The translations under genes were made by a program, and so were the position numbers. This document shows positions 53,603 to 64,000 of a stretch of 64,000 bases of DNA, piece by piece. Within the stretch, counting starts at the first letter, position 1. Every line of letters begins with the position of its first letter. The notes beneath the pieces are model-generated. The model had not been told where the DNA came from. It saw only the letters and a program-made list of their open reading frames with translations, and did no database searches. The DNA is from Anaeramoeba ignava BMAN (lineage: Eukaryota; Protista; Anaeramoebae), in contig JAPDFW010000089.1 of assembly GCA_028826165.1 (NCBI GenBank), positions 240,032 through 304,031 on the forward strand. The letters run 5' to 3'.

Positions 53603-55104
53603 TTATTTTTGATTGTTATCAAGATTTGAAATATTTTGAAAATCAAGTGTTTTTAATAATTCTTCCATCATATCAAGACTTAAAGAATGAATTAAATTTC
53701 TATGTTGTTTTTTAAAATTTTGAATAACTTGTGCTGTTGTTTGATCATCCAATCCACATTCTATTAAAAACATCATTAAAGCTGATGTAAAATCTTCTCG
53801 AATTCCATCTTGGACATCTTGGAAATTTATTAATTTAATTGAAATTTATTAATTTTATAAATTATAAATTTTTTGAAATAAATATAATTATAAATTTAAT
53901 TATAAATATAATTATAAATTTGTTTATAAATTTGTTTATTTGTTTAAATTTAATTATAAATTTAATTTATTAATTTGTTTATAAATTTGTTTATAAATTT
54001 AATTATAAATTTAATTATAAATTTAATTATAAATTTGTTTATTAATTTGTTTATATAAATTTATAAATTTAATTATAAATTTAATTATTTTAATTTAATT
54101 ATAAATTTAATTTATAAATTTAATTATAAATTTGTTTATTAAATTTAATTATAAATTTAATTATAAATTTAATTATAAATTTAAATTTAATTATAAATTT
54201 AATTATAAAAATAAATTAATTATAAAAATTATAAATTTGTTTATAAATTTAATTATAAATTTTGTTTTATAAATTTATTATAAATTTGTTTATTATAATT
54301 TAATTATAAATTTGTTTTAAATTTCTGTTATAAATTTGTTTATTAAAATTTGTTTTAATTATAAATTTGTTTATAAAATAATTAATTTGTTTTAAATTTA
54401 ATTATAAATTTATAAATTTTTATAAATTTTTTAAATATAATTATAAATTTGTTTATAAATTTATAAATTTAAATAAATATAATTTAATTTTTATTAATTT
54501 AAATTTAATTATAAATTTAATTATAAATTTTAATTTAATTATAAAAATTATAAATTTGTTTATAAATTTAATTATAAATTTAATTATAAATTTAATTTTA
54601 TAAATTTTAATTTATTAAAATTAATTATAAATTTAATTATAAATTTAATTATAAATTTAATTATTAAATTTAATTTAAATTATTATAAAATTTAATTATA
54701 AATTTGTTTTATAAATTTGTTTATTAATTTGTTTATAAATTTGTTTATAAAATTTAATTATAAATTTAATTATAAATTTAATTTATTTTATTATAAATTT
54801 AATTATAATTTAATTATAAATTTTTTAATTAAATTTAAAATTTAAATTAATTTATTTTATAAATTTGTTTATAAATTTGTTTATAAATTTGTTTATTTTA
54901 TAAATTTAATTATAAATTTAATTATAAATTTGATTATAAATTTGTTTTTATTAAATTTGTTTATAAATTATAATTTTAAAAATTTAAATTTGTTTTATAA
55001 AATTTAAATTTAATTATAAATTTGTTTATAAATTGAGTTTATAAATTGAGTTTTAAATATAAATTACCATATTTTTGATCTTCTGTTTTATCTTCAATTT
55101 CCAT
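53603..55104 (-). CDS. Hypothetical 83-aa protein with 2 exons, not in the ORF track
   Basis: Exon 55104-55068, GT-AG intron 55067-53818, exon 53817-53603. Product MEIEDKTEDQKYDVQDGIREDFTSALMMFLIECGLDDQTTAQVIQNFKKQHRNLIHSLSLDMMEELLKTLDFQNISNLDNNQK*. Confidence 0.6.
53818..55067. repeat. Degenerate 12-bp (AAATTTAATTAT)n minisatellite filling a 1.25-kb intron
   Basis: Reverse complement of the NAR1 intron 1 unit, including the AAATTTGTTTAT variant. Confidence 0.85.
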
Positions 55105-55316
55105 TTTTAAATTTAATTATTTTTAAAAATTATTTTTTAAAAGGAAAAATGAAAAATTAAAAATAAAAAGGAGAAAAAGGAGAAAAATAAAATAAAAATA
55201 AATAAAAATAAAAAATTTTTCATTTTTATTTTTCATTTTTAAATTTATTTTTCTAAAATTTTTTTTTTCAAAAAAAAAAGAAAAATAAATAAATAAAAGA
55301 AAAATAAATAAAAATA

Positions 55317-58251
55317 ATAACGGAAAAATTTTTATTTGCAATAGCACAATATGATTATGAAGGAAAAGAAGACGGAGAACTTACTTTACATACTGGAGAT
55401 GAAATAATTGTTACAACAATTGATAATGATTCTGGATGGTGGATTGGTTATTTAAAGAACGATCCTGACGCAACACAGGGTCTTTTCCCAGGAAGGTATC
55501 ATCAATATCAACAAAACAACAAACAACCTCAAAATTTCCAAAAATAACATCCATTTTTTTCACTTCTTGATCACGATATAAAAAGTTATGTTGAGATCAA
55601 AGAACAACAAACTCAACCAACTGTCGATCAAGAAAAGACAACAAAAAAACCCCAGAAATCAACAAAGAATTCTAAGAATGTTGAGAGTGCTAATTCTGCT
55701 CAGGATAATTCTGATGATAATATCCCAAAGAAGTTTGCCTTATCTCAATCTGGTCATCTTTGGGTTGATACTTCTCCAGAACTTGTTATTGATGTTCGTG
55801 TTACTGGTACAGTTGAAAAAGGTCGCTTTAAAAAGCATACTTATTATAAAATTGAAGCTGTCGTAATTTTTATTCGTTTTCTTTTCTTTCAACAAATATT
55901 AACTCTATCCAAAAATCCAAAAATCCAAAAATATAAAATCATTTTTAATAATAATTTTAATAATAATTTTAAATAATAATTTTAAATAATAATTTTAAAT
56001 AATAATTTTAATAATAATTTAAAATAATTTTAATAATAATTTTAATAATAATTTTAATAATAATTTTAAATAATAATTTTAATAATAATTTTAATAATAA
56101 TTTAAATAATTTCAAATAATAATTTTTAAATAAAAAGAATTTAAAATAATAATTTTAATAATATTTTAATAATAAATTTAATAATAATTTTAATAATAAT
56201 TTTAAATAATAATTTAAATAATAATTTTAAATAATAATTTAAATAATAATTTAAATAATAATTTTAATAATAATTTTAAATAATAATTTTAAATAATAAT
56301 TTTAATAATAATTTAAATAATAATTTAAATAATAATTTAAATAATAATTTTTAATAATAATTTTAAATAATAATTTTAAATAATAAATTTAATAATAAAT
56401 TTAAATAATAATTTTAAATAATAATTTTTAATAATAATTTTAATAATAATTTTTAATAATTTTAATAATAATTTTTAAATAATAATTTTAATAATAATTT
56501 TAAATAATAATTTTAATAATAATTTTAATAATAATTTTAAATAATAAATTTAAATAATAATTTAAATAATAATTTAAATAATAATTTTAATAATATTTTA
56601 ATAATAATTTTTAATAATAATTTTTAATAATTTAAATAATAATTTTAATAATAAATTTAAATAATAATTTTAAATAATAATTTTAATAATAATTTTAATA
56701 ATAATTTTTAATAATAATTTTAATAATAATTTTAATAATAATTTTAATAATAATTTAAATAATATTTTAATAATAATTTTAAATAATAATTTTTAAATAA
56801 TAATTTTAATAATAATTTTAATAATAATTTTAATATTTTAAATAAAAAAAAAGAATTTAAAATATACAGTTACAAGAAAATGGAAAGATTGTCTCTGGCT
56901 TCAAAATCAATTTTTTAAATTATTTCCTCCAATATGCATTCCTACTTTACTTGATTTAAAAGTTGCCAGTATATATATATTAATTTTAAGAAAGAAAAGA
57001 AAAAAAAAAGAAAATAATATAATTGCTTTTTTTTTTAAAAAAAATAAAAAAAGATCGACCAAATTCAGAAACAACAGAACAAACTCGTCTTCGAGCTCTT
57101 CAAACTTTTTTTAACCGATTAGCAGCTCATCCAGTTTTAGCAAAAGTTGATTTCTTTCTTGAATTTCTTCAACATAATGATGAAAAAAAATGGGAAAGAA
57201 GAAAAAAAGTTATTGAAAAAAAAACACAAGAATTCTGGAGATTAGTTAATCATCAATATCCAGAACCAGATGCAAAAGAAGATAAATCAATAGAATCATT
57301 TCGAACACATTTATCGATTCATGCAGCAAAAATCCGAAATTTAACAGGTCAATTAAGTGATTTGTGTTCATTAAAAACTGATAGTAAAAAATCTAAATAA
57401 AAAATCTAAATAAAAAATTATTTATAACATGAAATTTATGAAAATTATTTAAAAATTATTTAAAAAATTATTTATAACATGAAATTTATGAAATTTATTT
57501 AAAAAATTATAAAATTTAAGGCATTTCAACAACTTTAACTAAATTCTCAAATGCTTGGAAAGACTTTGGTGAACAAGGTTTTGATTGGAGAGAAGAAGTT
57601 CCACCAAATGCAAAAGATGCTTCTTCAAAAATTGAATCTATTATTAAATCAATTGCTGAAACTTGGAATACAATTGGTGCTAATTATAAAGAACAATCAG
57701 ATTTCGAATTGGGAAATTCTCTTCGTCATTTTAATGAATACTCTCAAATTATTACAAATTTTCAACCTGCTTTAAAAACAAGAGATGATGCTCGTTTAAA
57801 TTATCATGTTACACAAAACGCTTTAATTAAAGCAGAAAGAAATGCTCTTCAAAATGTAAAAAATTAAAAATTAAAAATTAAAAATTTCATGTTAAAAATT
57901 AAAATTTAAATAAAAATAAAAATTTTAGGAAAAAGAAAAATTAAAAATTGAACAAGCTCGTAAACAAACAGAAAGAGCAAAAGAAGGAGCAGATACAACA
58001 TCAATAATTTTATTAGCAGAATCAGTAAATAAAAATTAATTTTATATAATTTTATATAATTTTATATAAACTTATAAAATTTTTTAAATTAATAGGAACA
58101 TTTTAGAACTTCAAGACTTGAAGATTCCAAAATTATGCTTGCTGAATATTTAGATTCTCAAATTGATTTTTATCAAAAAATCGTTGATATGTTCAAAAAA
58201 ATTCGACCAGAAATTGATAACGTTTCTATTCAAAAAGGAAATAACAAATGA
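55317..58251 (+). CDS. SH3-PX-BAR sorting nexin (SNX9/18/33-like), multi-exon; no in-frame ATG visible
   Basis: SH3: AIAQYDYEGKEDGELT...SGWWIG...GLFPGSYVE. PX: FKKHTYYKI...VTRKWKDCLWL...ICIPTL...RLRALQTFFNRLAAHPVL. A helical BAR region ends EHFRTSRLEDSKIMLAEYLDSQIDFYQKI. Introns include 55496-55585, 55863-56853 and 56969-57053. Confidence 0.85.
55863..56853. repeat. (AATAATAATTTT)n-type minisatellite filling a sorting-nexin intron
   Basis: Degenerate 12-13-bp tandem array from ~55940 to ~56840. Confidence 0.85.
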
Positions 58252-58442
58252 AGAAAATTTTTTTTTTCTTTTTTCTATTTCTTTCTATTTCTTTTTCTTT
58301 TGACTTTTTTTGTTCCACTTTTTTTTTTTTTAATTAATCTCAAAAACAAAATTTCTTTCTTTTTTTTTTGCAAAACAAAATTAAATCTTTTTTGATTTTA
58401 TTTTTGATTGATTTTATTTTTTGATTGATTTTTTAATTGATT

Positions 58443-61400
58443 TTATTTTTGATTAATTAACTCTTCTATCTTTTTAATCATTTCCTCTTTATCATTAATA
58501 CAAAAATCAATTAACTTTAACTTATTAATTGAATTGAATAATTTTTGATGATAACCACAAATCATTGAAAAAATTTCCTAATTTGATTAGTTTAAATAAA
58601 TAAATTAATTAATTTAAATAATTTAAATATAAATAATAATTAATTAAAAACATACAATTGAATTTTCTTTAAATGAACGAAAATATTCAATTCGATATCC
58701 AAAATTTAAATTAGATTTTGGATCAAAAATAAAAGAAGATAAATGATGAATTGCAACTAAAAACAAAAAGGGATTTTTTTCAAGAGTGATAAATTTCTTG
58801 AGCAAGGCATCTTTCATTAAAGAAAGAACAGAAACATCATTTTCAAGAGGATGAATAAATGCAAGAACAAAGTTGTGATTTGAATAATAATCAAGAGGAG
58901 GTTGAATAAAACGAAGAATTGGCAAGAATTCAGTCCAAACTAATTTACGATATTTTGATGGGGAATCCATTGCAAAAAACTCAAGCATAACTTTTGAAAA
59001 AGAAGAATTTCCGAACGATTCTGCTTGATATTGTTTGACTAATTCCAAAACAAAGTCATAATAATTGCGATTGTGAATAAGTGAATTTTTCATTGATTTT
59101 TGATATTCTATTGCTGTGTATAATGGCTGAGAGGGATGGATGTTAAAGAATGACTGAAAATGATATAAATCCCACAAAAAAGAAATCAAGTTGGTGATTT
59201 TGTGATCCAAAAAAATTGAGTAATCCAACAAAAAAAGATGTGATAAATAAAGACACTTTCGAGAGCCTTGATTTTTGTGTTTAAAAATTTGGATTCCAGA
59301 ATTTTGGTAATTTGTTTCAATTAAAAAAATAGAATAAAGTAAACGAGTTAAATTTTCATTGATTTGAGGAATGATTTCAGAATTCGATAAATATTTTCCA
59401 CAATATTTCAACGAAATATCAATTAATGGACGATAGAGAAAATCATCTACTAATGAAAAATACACATTTGAACTCTTTTTGTGGTTTTTATGATAAAGCG
59501 GGAATGAAAATCCTTGGATGGAAGAAATTGTGAATAGAGTCAAACTTTGTGAGATTTTGAATTCTTTGTTTGCAAAAATGATATTGAAATAATATTGTTG
59601 AAGAAAATTCGATAATTCAAGAGTATCAGTGGCAATTTTATCAGGAATTTCGAGTTGTTTTTCTAGCAAAATAATGTAATTTTGACTGAAAATGATTTGA
59701 TGAAGAAGATTATATGCCAAAAATTGGTCGATGGAAATTATCCATTTCAATAAAGAAAAACTTGCCAAATGAATTTTGAGTAAATGATGATTTTCCAAAA
59801 ATCCCTGATTTGCCAACTTGTCAAGAAGCATCACAATGTAATAGATCATAAAAGTGCGTTGTCGATAAACAAATCTTATTCTGTCGTTTTCTTTTGGTTG
59901 AATTGAGGAAGATAAAATACGTTGTTCTTCATCAAGTAAATCCATCAAGTCAGGAACAATTTTTTGAATATATTCTAATTGTGAAGGAACTTTATTGCCC
60001 ATTTCCAAGATTAACCTGGAAAATGCTGCTAAACAGCTCCACAAACTAATCTGTTCCTTCTGATCCTTTGTGAATTTATCTCCAAACAGGAAATTATTGA
60101 AGTTGTTTTGGAATATTTGCGCTGGAAATTTTGGTGTTTTTAAACTTTCCTTTTCTTTTTGAATTAAATCTATAAATACTTGAGTTTTTTCTAAAGATAA
60201 TATATATTTCTGGAAATAAAATTCAATTTCTTCTTGAAGAGGAATTTTGGAAACTCTCAATTCTTCTGAAATTTCTGAATAATAAGAACCCAAAAAATGG
60301 AAGATACTCGATAAACAAAGTAATAAATCGGGGAAATTTTGGTTATGAATAGTTTTTGGATTGGCATCATTTGATTTTAAAATATCCAAATATTCTTTTA
60401 TTTTCTTGGATAAAGTGATTGAGTTTTGAAATGCTGAATCAAGAAAAGGAAGGATAAAATCCCAAATCAAAATAGTGTTATCGGGTTTTTGGCTTGCAAT
60501 ATAAATTGCCTTTTCATATAAATTGTAAACCGTAGTTGAAAGAATGAAGTTTTCATTTTGGAGAATTGAGACAAACTTGTCAAAACTTGGGACAAAAGAA
60601 GAAAAATCAGTTCCAAAACCCATTGTAATTCTCCATAAATTCATTGCCTCCTTTTCTACAGAGATGATATTTCTTGTAATTTGTTTTTGGTTTGTTTCGC
60701 GAATAAATTGCTTCGATTTTGCAAAAAGTATTGAATGCTCTGTTGCGTTCATTTGAAGAAATAACTCCTTTGAACATTGGCAAATAACTTTGAGCAATCT
60801 AAGTGAACCTGGAAATTTGTCAATGTATTTATCAGAAATTGTCCTGAGAAATTTTTTGTTTTGAACCATTTGCATTCTTGCATTTTCCGAGTTGCGAGCA
60901 CAAACAACCAAAATTTCGAATATCATGGAATAAATGGAATCAAATGAAAATTGCATTTCGGATAAAATGGATGTTAAAATTCTGATTAGTCCATGATCAA
61001 CAAGTAATTGAATAGGATTTTTGGTGAGTAATATTTGGAGATTAGTCGGTTCATCTGTTCTTCCTCTTTTGCTTTGCTTTCGATGATAAGTTTTATACTC
61101 TGGGATGCTTGGATAAATGCTTGGGATTTCATAACCTCGAAATGTTAGCTCAATCCAATCAAAAAATTCCTCAGTGGATTGAGAGACAACAAAATTGCGC
61201 AATGAATTTATCATCGAAGCAAATACAGATTGATGCTTTTCTTGGATTGAATACAAAATTACTAATCCACCTCCATAACTAATGAAATTATCCTTGACAT
61301 ATTTATATGCTTCATTTTGGATGTTTTCTTTCAATTGAATTTTATGTATTAATTCAGTTATTATATTAAATGCAATTGCGCGTTGCGATGCTGTTTTGCT

Positions 61401-62604
61401 TCGTGATAGCATTAATATTTCTGTTAGAGAATATCCTGGCTTTTCAGGCTCTTTTCCGTGATGATGAAGTCCTGAATGAACAGGAATTTCTTCTGAAAAT
61501 GAATCTGATATAAATTGTCCTTGGAAATTGAATCGATATTCCTTTTCCTTTTCCTTTTCCTTTCGTGAATTATTTGAAATCCATTCTATTTTTCTTCTTT
61601 CATTTTCATTCTTTTGATTCAATGCTAATTTTTCCCATTCTTCTTCAGTATTTCCATTATCGAGAACATTTTTTATTGCATTCAATCTTTCTTTTTTTTC
61701 CTTTTGTTTATTTTTGAATTGAAAATTTTGAATTGGTTGTTTTTTCTTTTTCAAAAATTGCTTTAATTTGTGATCAGGTTTTTGTTTCATTTTTTCTTGT
61801 CCTCTTTGTTTTAATGTTTGAATAGTTTCAGGATCAAGTAATTTCATTAATTCTTCACGTGCTTTTTTGATTTGAGCCTCATCCATTTCTGTGATAATTT
61901 TATCAGCTACATTATCAATATCTTCATCATAAATTTCTTTTTGATTTGATAAATTTCCTTGAATATAATGTTTAAATTCACTAAACATTGTTTTTTCATT
62001 TAAATTTTGATTTTGATTTTGATTTTGATTTAAATTTTGATTTTGATTTTGATTTTGATTTTGATTTTGATTTTCATTTTCATTTTCATTTTGATTTTGA
62101 TTTTGATTTTCATTTGTTTTAATTATTCTTCTTTTTGTTGGAATTGGAAATGCTACTTCTCTTTGTTTTGGTGGAGAGAATAAACTTTCATTAATTATAT
62201 TTCTTTCTTTAATTTCAGGAATCGAAACCTTTTGAAAAATTTCTGTATTTTTTTTTTAAATTAAAATTAATATAAAATTTTTCTTATAAATTTTTAATTT
62301 TACTTTTTATTTCTTTTTCCTTTTCTTTTTCTTTTAAATTTATTAATTTTAGATTTTCCATTTGTTTTCGAAAAATAGATTTTTTTTTTGGTATTTTTTC
62401 AATTTGAATTTCTTTTTCTTTTTCAATTTTATTTTCTTTTTCAATTTCTTTTTCTTTTTCTTTTTCAATTTCAATTTCTTTAGATTTTTCATTAGATTTT
62501 TTATAAATAACTTTTGCTGAAGATTTTTCATTTGAAGAAAGAAATGAATTTTGAAGTTCTTCAAGATTTTGAGGATTATTTATAATTCTTGGATGTAAAG
62601 ACAT
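58443..62604 (-). CDS. RPAP1: RNA polymerase II-associated protein 1 (RPAP1/Rba50); 3 exons
   Basis: RPAP1_N: DIDNVADKIITEMDEAQIKKAREELMKLLDPETIQTLKQR. RPAP1_C: RFNFQG...IPVHSGLHHHGKEPEKPGYSLTEILMLSRS...QRAIAF. C-terminal YQAESFGNSSF...YRKLVW. Introns 62303-62243 and ~58655-58578. Confidence 0.9.
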
Positions 62605-62854
62605 TTTTAATTTTAAAATGAAAAAAATGAAAAATGAAAAAAATGAAAAAAAATTTATTTTTTTTTTGAAAGTGGAATTTATTATTTTTTTTGTAATATT
62701 TGTTTGAAAAAAAAAAAGGAAATTTTTTTCTTTGTGAACGTAAAATTTGGATCAAATTTCTGACTTAAAAAAAAAAAAGAAAAAATTTTTTTTAGATCAT
62801 GAAAAAAAAAAAGAGAAAAAAGAAAATTAAAAAAAAAGAAAAAAAAAAAGTTGT

Positions 62855-64000
62855 TTATCCAGCAGGATTTGGATTGCATTTTGCACTACTAGAACGAGAA
62901 CCCAATATCAAACCAATAATTAAACCGTATAAAGCCAAAGCCTCTGCAAAAATAAGAATTAAAATCATTGCAACAAAAATCTTGTTTTGACTTGCATAAC
63001 CTCTTACTCCTGCATCACCGACAATTCCAATTGTCATACCTGCTCCTAATCCTGATAATCCTACTGCTAATCCTGCTGCTAAATGTGAGAATCCAAGATA
63101 TTTCGGATAATTATCTTCAGTAACTTTTTATTTAATTTGGTTTGATTTTTTATTTTTTATTAATTTTTTTTTTGATTCATTAAATTTGTTTAAAAGTTTT
63201 ATTTACTTCCTGTAGTTATAATGACAGCAATAATCAGCCCATAAATACCAATAATACTAGCCTATTTTAATTTTAATTTTAATTTTATATTTAATTTTAA
63301 TTTTAATTTTATATTTAATTTTAATTTTAATTTTAATTTTATAAATGAATTTTTAATTTTATAAATGAATTTTAATTTTTAATATTAATATTAATTTTAA
63401 TTTTAAATTTAATTTTAATTTTAATTTAATTTTATATTTAATTTTAATTTTAATTTTAATTTTTAATTTTAATTTTAATTTTAATTTAATTTTAATTTTA
63501 ATTTTGTTTTTAATTTTAATTTTAATTTTAATTTTTAATTTTAATTTTAATTTTTAATTTTAATTTTAATTTTAATTTTAATTTTAATTTTAATTTTTAA
63601 TTTTAAATTTAATTTTTAATTTTATAAATGAATTTTATATTGAATTTTATATTTAATTTTATATTTAATTTTAATTTTAATTTTAATTTTAATTTTAAAT
63701 TTTAATTTTATAAATGAATTTTAATTTTAATTTTATAAATGAATTTTAATTTTATAAATGAATTGAATTTTAATTTTAATATTAATTTTATAAATGAATT
63801 GAATATTGAATTTTATATTTAATTTTAATTTTTAATTTTATAAATTTTAATTTTAATTTTAATTTTAATTATATATTAAATTTTAATATTAATATTGAAT
63901 TTTGAAATAATAAATGAAAAATATATAATGAAAAATACCATAACAACTGGGACAATTGCTTTCACCGCTAATTAAATCGGATCTAGTAACACCCATAGCA
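62855..64000 (-). CDS. VMA3: V-ATPase V0 16-kDa proteolipid subunit c; 5' end outside the window
   Basis: KAIVPVVM|[15 protein letters not shown]...[29 protein letters not shown]...[21 protein letters not shown], with the proton-carrying Glu. The (TTTTAA)n-rich intron spans ~63262-63938. Confidence 0.92.

Noticed and set aside
12132-64000. Apparent cluster of endolysosomal genes (Rho, alsin-like GEF, RMC1, BEACH, sorting nexin, V-ATPase c)
   Set aside because: They are interspersed with unrelated housekeeping genes, and trafficking genes are abundant in amoeboid protists. There is no evidence of co-regulation.

Overview
Very AT-rich, gene-dense, intron-containing eukaryotic (protist) DNA. 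The AT-microsatellite-filled introns, N/Q/E-rich linkers, Kelch-BTB and PAS genes and a nuclear intein are most consistent with a free-living metamonad such as Anaeramoeba (inference, not proven). About 22 protein-coding genes were rebuilt by hand by joining ORFs across GT-AG introns: a CH-domain coiled-coil protein (partial), FANCE-like, PAS protein, NAR1/CIAO3, CDK7, an atypical Rho GTPase, an Lnt-like nitrilase-fold membrane protein, RGS-DH-PH-MORN, RMC1, Kelch-BTB, CAP59/GT69 mannosyltransferase, ALFY-like BEACH-WD40-FYVE, TAPT1, PDCD2L, an EEP hydrolase, SMC3, KCTD-like BTB, two small orphans, an SH3-PX-BAR sorting nexin, RPAP1 and V-ATPase subunit c (partial). The main finding is a 339-aa VMA1-like intein with a degenerate LAGLIDADG domain inserted in the Walker A motif of cohesin SMC3 (GKNGSGK|CFAKD...SHN|SNIF, 46931-47947). 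The same SMC3 has lost the Eco1-acetylated KK pair (now TN). Other points: satellite-filled introns that share repeat units, an exon flanked by mutually complementary intronic satellites, Inr-like TTTTCATTTT arrays before start codons, and a recurrent TTCCACTTT motif. Most of the long low-complexity ORFs in the supplied track are artefacts of repeats. Several single-base frameshifts in homopolymers look like sequencing errors. All family assignments come from recalled motifs, not database searches.
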